Shown here: piece by piece, positions 11,253 through 26,118 of the stretch | Layout: every line of letters begins with the position of its first letter | How positions within the stretch are numbered: the first letter of the stretch is position 1 | NCBI GenBank assembly: GCA_026025075.1 | Contig: JAPEUI010000105.1 | Coordinates: 1-53,248, forward strand | Length of the DNA: 53,248 bases | Origin: Vezdaea acicularis | Lineage: Eukaryota | Direction of reading: 5' to 3' | Program-made: the position numbers and the translations under genes | Notes under the pieces: model-generated | Told to the model about the DNA's origin: nothing | What the model saw: only the letters and a program-made list of their open reading frames with translations | Database searches by the model: none

Positions 11253-11492
11253 CTTGATATTGATATGTGAAGGTTATCGCAAGGATTGACTGGAGTGCGC
11301 TGCGACCTCGTAAATCTCGAATGGTTTGTTTACACCTCGGTTCGCGATGTGATGCAGGTAGAAATCCTAGCCGAATCCGCGTCATAGGGCAATCTTAGGC
11401 GAGTGAATATTTCTCGACGTTATAGATCGAAGCAGACCACCCCACCGAAAGCGTTTACTTCGATCCTCATTCCACATTCAATACGAGGCGTC

Positions 11493-12708
11493 ATGGAGAT
11501 GTCTGCTGAGGATGCTCTTACGGATGACTATGTCGCGTCTTTGCTGGCCAAAGATGCGAAGGAGAGCTCAATAAAGTACTCCGCAATGGGGCTTCAAGCC
11601 TTTCTACCTCAGCGGTACGTTATGGATTCCGATCTTGCCAGAGGTTTGTACTGAATAAGCCAGGTCACCGAGCGGTGCTCCAAAGCCCAATATCCGGTTC
11701 CTCCGCAACATCATCCGCGAAACCGACACTCACAATGTCAACCTTCGAGCGAAGGAGGAGCGGGAAGCCTGCACCCGACGTCTTGCGCTGGAGAAGAGAG
11801 ATCGCGCTCAGGCCGAAGCTGAGTCCAGCAGGAGCAGGCGAAGAAGAGATAACGAGCCGCAGTCCAAGCGACGACGTGTAGAGGAGCCCGTCGAAGAGAG
11901 GCGTAGGCGGTCACATAGGAGAGAACGCGATTCAAGCCGTACGGACGACGAAGTAGAACCACGGCGCTCTCACCACAGGCACTCCCGCTCTCACCGGTCT
12001 CGCGAACGCAGACGCCATGGCTCTCCCCGTCGAAGCCAGAGATCGCGCCGTGCCTCTGTAGACGAACGCTCGGAGAATGACAACGATGAGCGTCGACACA
12101 GATCCCATCACAAACACCGACGGCGCAGCCGCTCGCCCATCCCTCCCAAATCCAAGCTCGCCCACCACCGATCCCGCTCACACTCTCCCCCTCCAAAGCC
12201 AACCCGAACCCGAACCCGCTCACCATCCTCAACCCCCTCCGACCCCCTCGAAGCCATTGTCGGGCCCCTCCCCTCCACCCACCCTCCACCCCGGGGCCGC
12301 GGCACGATCACCGCTCCAAATCGCGGAATCAACAGCCGGTTCTCTCCCTCCTACAATCCCGCCCACGATACCGACGCCCCCTCTCCCTCGACCGAAAAGG
12401 CCGAAGACTGGGACGCCGCTCTAGAAGCGTATCGCGACCGCCAGAAATGGAAGGCTAAGGGTGCGGAAAGGTTGAGAGAGGCGGGCTGGGCGGATGAGGT
12501 GGTGGGGACGTGGGAGAAGGGCGTGCTCGGGAAGGGTCTACGTGCTGGTGCGAGGACTGGGGGAGACGGGGGGGGTGAGGGAAATATCGAGGATGTGAAG
12601 TGGGTGAAGAGGGGGGAGGGGCGGGAGTGGGATCGTGGGAAGGTGGTCGGTGAGGACGGAGCTGTGGATATCAAAGCCACGTGGGCGAGGGATAGGACGC
12701 CTACATGA
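11493..12708 (+). CDS. Arg/Ser/His-rich nuclear protein, 388 aa (fungal family often labelled 'pre-mRNA-splicing factor 38B-like')
   Basis: Exons 11493-11614 and 11664-12708 (49 nt intron GTACGT..CAG). Motifs LTDDYVASLLAKDA, KPNIRFLRNIIRETDTHN, RS-rich middle, DPLEAIVGP, WDAALEAYRDRQKWK, VKWVKRGEGREWDRGK. Confidence 0.8.
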
Positions 12709-13008
12709 GCGTGGTCGACATTTTTAGGGACAAACGATTCAGAGTGCAACTTCAGGCTGGGTGGGGGACTTGGATCCTGCAGTGCCAATGCTTGGCCTGG
12801 ACATGAGAGTTTGCCAAGTAGCGACCATTATTCTCGAAGAGTCTTGGAAGTTTGTTGCTCGATGAAAGGCAATTGCACAATGATCTACTTTTGCCAGCCA
12901 GCCTCGCAGTGCCAAATCCGTCCATCCCTGCTAGAGCCCGTCCATGCCAAAGGAAGAGAGGTTGAAGTCTCGCCACCCGCTAGATCCCTATTCAGAGCTC
13001 TCTGGGCT

Positions 13009-15049
<2,041 letters not shown>

Positions 15050-15717
15050 TCACGAGGCTAGGAAATGTCTGAATTGCTTAGAGATACCTCTGAGAAGTTG
15101 AGACAATGTCCGAGGGAATCGTGGACTGCACTGGGGGAGGCTGACAGAGGTTACAATACGAGCGCTCTGCTGAACTTAAACGCCCCAATATAATTGCACC
15201 TCCGATGTAATCCCAAAGCCAAGGGCTTGGACATTTCCGTTGAAGTTAGGACGGCGTCAATTACTCTAAGCGGCCAATCTAATGTTACTCTAGTAGGGAC
15301 CGTGCGCACCTCTGCGTCGTAGGCATTCTGTGCGACTGTTGCCACGGAAATAATTGTTTTTGGCGAATGCCGAGCGATGACGTGCTTTTAAAAAAATTCA
15401 CACGACCGAGATGCAGGGTCTGGTTCGCTCAATGACTAGAAAGTGCCCTGCTTTACGGCCTCGAAAGATATCCTGCACTCAAAAAATTCCGACCAAACAA
15501 CGGGCTTAGAGGTTTGAAAGTACTCATGGCTCCCACCCAAGATTTCTTTCACGATTGAGTGTTAGCCAGCACGAGCGGCAGCAAGTGACGTTGCTTGACC
15601 TCAAGTTAGGCCATGATGGAGAAAGCAAGATCTCTCTAATATCCACTTCTTTCCAGAGTTAAAGAGCCCACCCATCGACATAACCCAAGAAAAGGTTCCC
15701 TTGCCCTACGCCCTCGA

Positions 15718-18050
15718 TTACTCTGCCACCACTCTGATTGTGTTCCCGTCAGCGGCTCGCATATTCCTTAATCTTCCCGCAGCGGCTCGCCTTGACCCCC
15801 TTACTGTTCTCACCACATTCCGCTTTACCGTTGACACTGTAACTCGAGATGTGGAAGCTCTTTGAGAAGACTCTTCTGAATCACTCATAATTGGCTTACG
15901 AGTCTTCGAAGTGGAAATAGCTCTGGTGGCAACTCGTTTCAGTTTTGAGGCTCTATCATAAGACTGAGTGGTAATGGTGGTTTTTTTTGCTTTGAAAACC
16001 TGAACTCTTCTTGAGGAGCTTGCCTTCAGTCGAGCAACCCTTCTGGTGGCTCCTGCTTTGGCAGACTTTGCGACTAGTTTAGCTGCCTTGGGAGCATCAA
16101 CCTTGCGCCTCTTGGTGGCTGTTGTAGACATCTCGATCGAGCTTGTCGTGTCGCGCTTTCTTTTCGCGCCTTTGGCTAGACTGTCAAGCACAACCTTGGG
16201 ATCTTTAATAGCTTCTTTCGGTTTGCCGCCGAGAAAGCCACGGCATAAAGTGGAGCCGCAGTGACATTCTTGGTCATTCTTGATAGAATATGCTCTGGAT
16301 GATGTTAGTGGTCTGTCTTTAAGATGCGTTAGAAATACTTACTCAAATTTGTAATCATAAGTCAATTCTTCGCCGGTTGAGATGCCCTTGTCTCCCGCAA
16401 ACAAGGCCATTCGAGGCTTCCCAGCAACAATCCATTTGACCATCTTACAATTTGGTTCGCAGGAATGGTTGATGAATCTTGCAATTGAACCGCGAGTTGC
16501 GTCAATGATCATATTCTGATCAAAGAGCATGAGGTAGTAGCACTAGCGCTCATATCGTTAGCCGCTGCAACTCAACGGGTATGTTCTCAAGCTCTCTACA
16601 AACCTCGTTGTCTTTATATCTCTGGTTCATGCGGTCCTCGCATTCCTCTTGAGTAATGATCTCTCCAGCGTACTCCACAATGATTTGACCGGGCGCGAAA
16701 GTACGATTACTCCGTACGCCATAGCCCTTGTTCTTGGTTCTGATAACCTCAACCCCAATTCTATATTTTCCTCCAAGCTTGCATCTCTCCTTCAAATCCG
16801 CAAAGCTGCGGTTAGTACACGCTTCTGCCCCTATGTTGCAATTGCTATTGTCGCACTCGTAGAGCATGAAACGATTAAGACAATTCTCGCCACAGCCACT
16901 AGAAACGTCGCAGATGCATCTGGATGACTCTTGTAGAACATTGTCCTTCCAATAACTTGCGGCATCACCAATGAAGACATCTAAATGAGCAATTAGCATG
17001 ACTTAAAGCTCCCAAACCCACACTGAGAAGCTCACTCTTCTGGCACTTCTTCCATTCATCCGGCTTTGGTTGCCCGGGGGGGAGAGGAGAGAAAACGTCA
17101 AATGGAAGTTTAAAGTCTCTTCCCTTCTCCAGGAGCTGTTGGCCACGAAACATGGGAAGGGGAAGAATTTTGCGCTCCTTTTGCAGCTCCTTCAACTTGG
17201 CCTCAGCTTTGGCTTTGTTTCTGCTCTCGGAAAATCTGCCATCAAAATGCCGGTTCTGACCAACATATAAACCTTGTTTCAGCCACAGCTTCTCCTTGCG
17301 GACCGGCTCAGCTTTGGGTGGCTTTTCCATCTCTTGACGCTTTTCAACAGAGAGATTAGAATTCTCTGAAAATCTAAGCTTCTTGGCGGGAGGCCCCGTG
17401 CTCACTTCCGCTTTCTTTTCCAGTTCTCTAGGTCGAAGACTGGCCCTTCGTTTTATACCCTGGAGGGTACTAGAAGCAGCTTCCTTGCTGCTGCCTACAA
17501 CACTTCTGCCTTGCTTCCCTAACGTCGATAGCCGCTCAGAAAGGCCATTGTTGGCCTTCTCCATAAAACCAAGACGCGTCGAACGACGTTTTGGGAGAGG
17601 TTTTTCGCTCTTTACTTCGCCCCTAGCTTCGGGACCAGGAAGAGCGCCAACAGCCCACTCCATATTTAGGGATCTAATACTAGCACCAAGCAGATCTTCT
17701 ACCGATTTGCAGGCTGAGTCGTTGACGAGTGTGGCGCCCGATATGTTGCGGTGCACACTTTCTAAGGCTTCTCTCTTACGTTTTACTGTGCCTGCTAATT
17801 CTTTGACGTTATAGGTAGGGACGGGTTTTCTTCGTATTCTAGAGAAACGACTGAATCTTGGACCATTGGCTTCGTTATCTGGCGCGTCATTGAGGCTGGA
17901 CGAGTCGGTATTCACTGTTGGCGGCGTAGAGGACGTAGTCAGAGATGGTGTATCCTCTGCCTCATCACCCACCGTGAGACATGAATGAGTTGACGAGGAG
18001 AGCGAACGTTTAAGGTGCGGAGCACTGCTCTTCTTTTGGCCGCTCAGCAT
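15718..18050 (-). CDS. ASH1: Ash1-like histone H3K36 methyltransferase (AWS-SET-postSET), 722 aa
   Basis: Exons 18050-17036, 16980-16604, 16542-16343, 16294-15718. Motifs [36 protein letters not shown] cysteines, [21 protein letters not shown], post-[13 protein letters not shown]. Confidence 0.92.
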
Positions 18051-18752
18051 TTTGGATACTGCGTAAGCACTTAAAGAGTGAAGTGGTCGAACGGGACGGG
18101 AGTTTGCCACGTTAATCCGTATGAGATGAATTGTATGACGCGTCAATGGGTATGTTCATGAAGTATAGAAGCTTCAGACAGAGGCTACTTTGATTAACAA
18201 ATAGCTGGTACAAGTCAAATGCGCGTAGAGGACTCAAGATCTGCAGTTGGAATGTCTTTTACATTGGGATGGAACTGCTAACATGCGTCGTTTGGCGCGC
18301 ATCTAAACAAAGCTTCGGCAACCAATCACCTCCTTCCCCGAGGTCTGCGCCCAATTTTGTTCGGTGACACGCATTCCCAATCCTGCAACTCACCAGACAA
18401 CGAGACATATTATATTATATCGAGTACTAGACCCACGTAGTGTTCATACAGGTAAGTCCAAACAAAGGGTTACGACTCCTCGCTCGTCATATAGAAGGTT
18501 ACCCACCAGTGTGGTATACCCAAACGCCCCAGGAGACATCAATACAGGCCACTGACAGATTCTGGAAAGATAAAACCATACAACGGAAGTCAAAGGAAAA
18601 GCGATGGCTAAGTTAGTAGAGGGGTGTTGTACAGGTATGAGGTTTTCGGTGGTACTTGGTGGGATAGGATGAGCACTTGCTTGAAGCATGAAGACGGCTT
18701 GGCTTCCCCCCCTTAGGCTAAGCTCGGGCCTTCAGGAACTCGGAAAGAAAAG

Positions 18753-20865
18753 CTAGGAGGTCTGTTCGCCACTAGTCGCATTATTGTTCATCGGCGGCGC
18801 TGCTGTTGGGTGGGCAACAGCTTTGACAGGCTCCATTTCCATTCCACCTTGCGGATGCTGTTTCTTCAACGGAGCTTTCCTTCTACCACGTTCCGACCCG
18901 AACCGTTGATCGCCTTCTTCATATTTGCGTTTGAAGTGTAGATATGTAGGTGGTCGTGGTCGTCCAAGTACAACAACCCAGTTGGTGAAGAGATTTCCCG
19001 TTGTGAATGGTCGGTGCCGATCTTTGGGAGCCACCTTATGAGAATTAAGAAGTTCTCTAGTGGTCTCACCCTTGCCCATTAAGAAGAGGTGATACCCGAG
19101 AAGGGAGGCAGGGTAAGGTGTGGCCAGCAAACCGTATATCACAAGAGCGAAGACGACACGATTGTGGTTTATCGCTTTTCCGAACGAGTCTGCTTGCATC
19201 TTGTGGTACAGCAATAGGTGCGCTAAGCTTGCTCCAATAAGGTAGAGACCGACTATCGTGCCCGAAGAGACAAAGGCAAAGAAATATCGATAGTTGCGTC
19301 TTCCAATGCAATTATTCAACCATACACAATGATGATCCTGTGTTTCGACGCAATTATTGCATACTCTGCAATGGTGAGCGCGCGGCGGGCGCCATATATT
19401 GCAAGTCTTGCAATGCTTGGTTAATTCTTCCATGACCAGGCCGGGCGTACCAATGCTCTTTATCGTAGTCCACGCCATTGTGGGAGGACCTAGGGCCAAA
19501 GGATCCTCATCCGCAGCCATAGGAGGGAATTGGTGAAGATTACGTGGAAGGATCTAAGGAGCGCACATTTTTTAGTAGGGAGAACGTGATTTGGTGCAAG
19601 GGTCACTTACACCAGGATCTGTAACAGAAGCATGTACAAAGGATGATATACAAACGGCGAAAACGTATGCAAATACAACTGGAACTGCTGGAGAAGCATG
19701 TTTCCACAGCCAGGGCGCTCTGTTACAATATCAGTAAAAGTCATTCGAGGAAGCCAACAGATAGGTCCTACGAGAAACCAAAGAACAGCGCCACCGGAAG
19801 GACGACAATTAAACCAGTGAGAATATTAATCGGACGGTCATGAGCGTTCTGGAGTCTTCCACCCCAACAAAAGGATGTGTTACCCGTGAAGTATTCATAG
19901 TTTTTCCTGTTTTGGCTTTTCGCCATGTCCATCTTGGTGGGTCCTTGTCTGGGTGACGAACTCGTAGAGGAGAGTTTCTCGCGCCCTTGCTCAATACCAG
20001 TCTTCGTCCTGACGCGACTAGACAACTTGAAGCTTGATCTGAAAGATGGCTGAGAGACAGGTTTCGATGCAGCACTTGCCATTCCTCCACTCCGGTACGC
20101 CGTCCCAGCATTTAACCCATGGTTATTGTTCTTGGGCCCTTGTTGAAGAGGTCGCACACTTTCAGTGAGGCTTTGTGAGGGACCATGACCGTCTGGGTTT
20201 GTGTGTGAGGTGCCTAGCGCTTCCCTATCTGTTGCATTGGTGTCTCTTGACTCGGGCATAGGATCATGCTCTTGGTGTACAACAGGCCCATAGCGCGTTG
20301 TCGGATTTGAGCTAAAGCTATACCGATTGGGGTTGGTTTCGACCTCATGGTACTCCTCCGGCTCCTTCGCAGGCTCTGCAGTGGCACGTACATTTCGTTG
20401 TGCTTGCAACCGCTGAGAACTCATGGGCTTGAAAAAGGCGTGGGATGTTAAGGATGGTACATGAGTCCTGCTTGCAGCACTAGGCGGCCTCGCAGTCCCT
20501 ATTGATCCACTGACACTGCCTACGTTACTCGAGCGTACACCGTTTAGTCCAAGTACGCCCCGACGTGAAGGGGGCGGCTGTGACGGTGTCCCTCGATGGC
20601 TTGATAGCGCGGTCGACGGTCGAGAGTCTCCTGGCCGATCGCCTACAAGAGGCCCCGGCGCTGGACGAGAGGACATAGGCCGTCCAGACGTAGCGGGTCT
20701 CGAACTCGGTGGTCTGAAATCTTCCCCATCTTCTGAGCCTGCATCGGTCATCCGGGAAGAGATGATGCTTGGAGGATACTGCGTTTCCGGTAGAGGATTC
20801 AAGGGCTGGGGAAAGGAAGAGTTGTCGAAGGCGGTATTTGCCCTGGGTTTCGAAGAATCGGCCAT
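18753..20865 (-). CDS. ERF2: DHHC palmitoyltransferase Erf2, 667 aa
   Basis: Exons 20865-19772, 19719-19611, 19553-18753. Motifs KNYEYFTGNT, TDPGILPRNLH, CKTCNIWRPPRAHHCRVCNNCVETQDHHCVWLNNCIGRRNYRYFF, GETTRE. Confidence 0.95.
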
Positions 20866-21360
20866 TTCTTTACGCCCGCCTGAGCTGAGACCTTACAAGA
20901 TATGAGTGTTGGTAGTCACCCGTACATAGCCTTTTGCGATCGAGGTTTACTTCAGGAGTACCTTCGTCGTGTAAAGATTCGCACGGAGAAGCTATCGCGG
21001 ACTTTCCAATCCACCATAGGAACTGACAGGCTGATCGTGACAGGTTTGAAGAGGAGGCTAAACGTATGAGGGTCTTTGAGGAGCCGTTGGGGATGCCCAC
21101 AGCCAGCGACGTTTAGTGATCTGGACAGCAAGGGGCATGCTATCCGGAAACAAATTCGCGAAGTTTTGGCGCCATGCTAGCGTACCCGCCGGGATGGAAC
21201 GAGAGATCGAAGCGTTCCTGGACGACGAAGTAATCCATTTTAATTCCAGCTTTCGTGCTGCAATCTGACTTTCTTGGATTTAGTGTTCGTTCTATTTGTT
21301 TGGAAAACAGTAAAACTGATAGGGCACGAATTACATAAAGGCGGCAGTATAGGGATGTTT

Positions 21361-21368
21361 TCACGTGA
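21361..21368. promoter_or_regulatory. Palindromic TCACGTGA E-box (Cbf1-type bHLH site) in the ERF2 / small-protein divergent promoter
   Basis: Exact TCACGTGA about 80 bp upstream of the ATG at 21445. Function is inferred. Confidence 0.45.
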
Positions 21369-21444
21369 CGACGCTGCTTCCAAGCAACCTTGAGGTTTAT
21401 CGAGCACGGTCATCTACATCCCTATCTTCAACATCTCATACCAA

Positions 21445-22040
21445 ATGGCTTCACTCGCGTCGAAAGCAGCTGGTCAGGTCGGTAAAGCAGCAAAGGATGT
21501 AGGAGGAAAGACAGTGTTACAAAAGGGTGCACAAAGAGACCCTGAACTCTATGTACGAATCCGAGCATTCAGACCAACTATTGGGCTCACTGCAGCTGCA
21601 ACTTACCCATTCACGCTGACTCGTATCTTACCAACAGATCCTATTAGGAGTTATGTCTGGTGCATTCGGCCTTGCTGGATTTTATTTCGGTGGGGTATCT
21701 CAGAACCTGTTTATCACATGCATAACTGATTTGATAAGGTCGCAAGCCAACATCTTCCACGTCCGAAGCAGCAGTTTCGGTAGCTCACGGCTCAATGCCA
21801 TGGCAGACTGAAGGGGACAAAGGGGGTGATGAGCACTTCAAATACCAGTATCATCCCGGAGGGAACCCGAAAAACGCTCCGAAAAATGCTCCAAGTGCCC
21901 TCCACAGTGTAATAGTACCCAACGTCAACCTACCAAAGGTAAGCCGGTCAAGATGCCAATGAACCCTCAGGATGCTTGATAGCTTATGACACTAGGAACT
22001 CCACGAGAAATACAACAAATGGGGTAAGGATGGCTATTAA
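21445..22040 (+). CDS. Small single-pass membrane protein, 134 aa (conserved fungal family, S. pombe C3H7.08c-like; possibly NDUFA4/B12D-like mitochondrial)
   Basis: Exons 21445-21552, 21638-21689, 21739-21938, 21996-22040 give ..RDPELYILLGVMSGAFGLAGFYFGRKPTS..MPWQ..KYQYHPGG..APSALHSVIVPNVNLPKELHEKYNKWGKDGY*. Not visible as one ORF in the ORF track. Confidence 0.85.
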
Positions 22041-22462
22041 ATAGAGATGTTATCTAGATTGGTGGGGGGGGCGTGCTGTGTATCTACGAATTGAGGCCTA
22101 TTCGAAACAGATACCATCTTTCTTTACGCGCTTAGCCTGTTATGTGTTCGCATGGTTGGACCTTCCAATGGTCCAAAAGTTGATACATCTGCCTTTGGCT
22201 TGAGCCGATTCCCTGCATGGCCTCCCTCTCGCATCAAATACAACTTGAAAACCACAGCATCGATCCTTGAACTGTATCACGACCAATCTAACTGCGTTGA
22301 TTATATGATTTGCATGAGTTTTAATAACGACATAGTTAAGAATATGCCCATCTAAAGGGCTGTCCCGGCCATGATGAACGCTGCAGGATTTAACGCTCGG
22401 CGAAATGCTCTCAAGTCTCTCCAAAGTATTCTACATTGAACGCTCGTTTTGAGCCTGTTTAT

Positions 22463-25400
22463 CTACTTCGTTGCCTCGTTCCCCTCACTGGCAGGACGTG
22501 GTTTCCCGCTCGAGGCCTTACCAATCGATTCTTCCTTTCCGACGTCTGCCTGAACTTCACTTTGTGTTGCAGGCTTTTCGAGATTCACCTGCTCATCTAC
22601 GCTTCCCCTTAGAGTCTCGGGGTTTCTGCCCTCAACATCAGGATGGGGCGGTGCCACTCCTTCACCTGCTGCAACCACCCCCTCGCTGACAGGGTTGCCG
22701 TCCTGGTCTAGAACTCGAGTTCGAGTTTCGTACCTCGTGTGGAAGCTGACCTTGCCTTCCAATTCCTTGACTTGCTCCTCGTTAAGGAGATTGCCGTCTT
22801 GATCTCGATACTCAACCTTCTCTTCCTTTTGAACTACCGGCTGTTGACCGGCGGGATTCGGCGTAACGTTGGCCTCTCCAAGGGGTTGTTGTGGTTGTTC
22901 GCCACCAACAGCAGGTGAAAAGGCACTATCACTTGAGCTTAGAGACGTAGTCTGTGCGGCACCTGGCGTAGTTGAGTATTGGGCTAGCTTTATGAGATCA
23001 GACGCATTAGCGGGTTAGAGTGGCGAAGCGGGAGACACTCACATCTGTGTGGAAATTGCCGCAATCCCAGTCCCACTTCTCAAATATCTTTACTTGTTTG
23101 CAGGCGGATTGAGTCCAGGGGCTGCCATAGGCTAAGGGCGAGTACAACGTAAAAGCAAAAATGCTCACGGCAACGAGAAGAATGGCAGCTCCTTGGCCCA
23201 CTGCGGGCCTGTCCCGCAATCCCAAGCTTTTGAATCGAGCAGTCGCAAAGTCGTAGGTCTGACAAAGGACGATGATAGCGAAATAAAGAGCGGGGAAATA
23301 GTGGTGAAGGAACAGTTGACGTTGCATCAAGAAAAAAGGGAAGTAGTGGAAGAACCAGCCCAAGACAAACATGCCGATCTCGTAATCAAATCTTTTGAAG
23401 GTTTCTTGGCTGTAGTCCTTGAAACCTCGTTGCCAACGGAGGATTGCAAAGCCTTTGACTGCGAAATATGTCAGGATGGCAATCGTGGAGGACCACCAGA
23501 TGACTGGATTCCCAATCAGGTATATCTGGCGATTGTCTTTACCCCAGAAATTGATTCCACGCTTCATAAGAGGCCAAGAGCCAGGTCTTGAGTCCCAGGC
23601 ATGAGACTCTACCAGGCCTGCGTTCGTAAGCCACATGACTTTTTGGAGCTCCCAGAATTTGCCAAGGAAACCAGGATTCTTGTAGTTAACCTTCTCCGCA
23701 TCTGCACCAAGCATTGGATGCTCGTTCTGCTCCACGTACCAAACGCTGTTTGGCAGGGTTCCACTCTTTGCACAAGTCACTTCCTGTTGCTCGAAACCCC
23801 AGTCTGGGAGTTTGACCTTATGGGAGAAGAGGACACAGCCAGTCATTACGTGGACGAGCCTGAATTTTGTCTCGATTGTGCGAACACGTAGTTTAGCTTC
23901 AGCTCCTTCTGACATCGATTTAACGATCTCTACTCTGAAGAGGTCGTTTGCATCACCGTCGAATCCCTCGTAGCCATAAGCAGACACTTCTTGTTGCCAA
24001 TCTGCTTCTGTGACAGGGGGGCGGACATCGTGAGAATGAATGCGACGCCCGGTAGTAATGTGCAGGAGCTTAATGACGGTGCCGTCTTCCACCCACACAG
24101 GTACCATGTTATCCCAAGCCATGGAACCAGTGATAGGGCCATCCAATCCTTCTGGTTGAGTCTGATTTTCGACGATGAATACGTTGTTCTCGTCTTTGTG
24201 AGGGTACAGTGTGACTTGTTGTTGCTTGCTTCCGCCCGGATACATATGGTTATGGGAATGTAGATAGCCCCCCTGGGTGTTGTGGTGACGGAGGCTAATC
24301 CGACTTCCGAACGCGACATCAGCGGGAACGTCCTGCATTCCTTTCGAGTTGAGCGTAGCTTGAAATTCCGAAGACATGAATCCGTCCCCGTCGCCAGGAT
24401 TGCTGAGGCAGATGAAATGAATCACAAATATGCTCATATAGAAAGCAATAGGGATTATAATCAGGCAGAACACTCGAGCAAAGAAATGCTTGAACCACAA
24501 GCGCTACATTCGAATGATCAGCAATGTGCTTTCTGTAGAGAATGACCTAATCCTACCGGTGTCACGCTCTTGGGGTCCCCAAGGAGAACCCATAGATGTA
24601 TTACTGTCAAGCTTCCAACCCAAGCGATTGTGAAAAGACCAACCCATTTGACACTGGCGGTCGCACCAAGGCCTAGGCCAGTTGCCACGAGCCAGAACCA
24701 CCAATTGACCGAAAAGGCTTTCGAAGGTCCCAATTCATGTTGATTCGTGAAGCATGTGAAAGCGAGAGCTGTGAATGCCGTAAAGATGACCAAAGGGGAG
24801 TCAAGAAGTATCAACCGTGACTGAGTAAGTAGACCATTTTCTGAAAAGGCTATTAGCTAGCTTCACTGAGCCTAACGCAGAGTGTCTCTTACCAAAGATT
24901 AGAAGGCAGGCACCCAGTGATGCCGTCATGGTCCTGCACCCTAACGCCTTGAGCGTCATAAAGATCGTGGGTATTGTCAAAATCCCGCAAATAGCTGGTA
25001 GCATCCTCATAGCAACATATGGTACCCCAGGCTCCAGATAATCCTTTCCAATATCCTTGAAGTCGAATTCGCCGTCGAATCCGGCAAGGAAGCCAGCGAG
25101 CGTGATGAGTAGTTTTGCCAAAGGCGGATGAACATCCATGAAGAATCTGCCCTTGATGTATTTCGATGCAAACCCTCCAAAGCTTGAGTAGAAAGACGTT
25201 AGAATTATCCGCAGATCGCGAAGGGTTGTAATAGAGCTTACTGGACCTCATCGAAGACCACACTCGACGGCTGGTATATCCGATATAACCTTACGAATGC
25301 CGCCAAGAAGGTCAAACATCCCAGTATCTGAAAATCTGATCCAGGAAGTAGGAAAATATCATTATCATCCACTCCCTCTGACGAATAGTCAGTTGGCTTC

Positions 25401-25510
25401 CCCTTCGTAGATATTCGTCGTCCGCTGGGCGCTGGAGACCGAGACGGCGACCTACCACCACCGCTCGTTGTCCTAGGACCCAAATGTGATCGTGGGGTCC
25501 CTTTCGCCAT
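22463..25510 (-). CDS. PMT1: Dolichyl-phosphate-mannose:protein O-mannosyltransferase, Pmt1 subfamily, 942 aa
   Basis: Exons 25510-25242, 25182-24893, 24840-24557, 24503-23043, 22987-22463. Motifs VVFDEVHFGGFA, FMDVHPPLAKLL, MIR domains (GGYLHSH), RQLFLHHYFPALYF, and the long filamentous-fungal C-tail KVEYRDQDGN..YETRTRV. Confidence 0.95.
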
Positions 25511-26118
25511 AATGATATCAGGGAGAATTCACTGGCAAGAAGGGTGTTATGTTACGTCTCGCTAGGGAGGGAAGCTGCGAAGTTTCGCGAGGGGCTGAAA
25601 TATTTCCTGGCGCGGGCCCCTGAATCCTAATCATTACCTGGCAACTCAGATGCAGATAGCAACTAAGGTGAAATTTAGAGACTCATGTTTCATTGATTTT
25701 ACAAGTGTGTGGTAGTTTAAGAGAGAAAATTAGGGGCTGAACTAAAAGGAGAAATGCGACAAAGAGAAGAGTAATTTCAGGAGTACTTTTGAGGCCAGAT
25801 CTTTGTCAAGATACGTGTACCTGCCGGCCCTGTAGTATTAACTGGACCCTTTTCATCAAACTGGGCGAAACCATATGATGCTATCAGCGTTTTAGTAAAA
25901 TTGAAGACGGAGTAGTGTTAATTGAAAAAATCAGTGAGCATTCATCAAACATTTTGTGTATTAACTGGGTTCGAATGACATCGGCATGAATCCAGCGCTA
26001 ATCGCGTTGGCCATCGCGTGTAATGCTTCGCCTAAACCTCGTCTGGCGAAAAATGGTTTTATCGCGAGGTCCGCAGCCTAGGTGAAGTTCTAAGCATCTT
26101 CAATACTCCGCACTCAGC

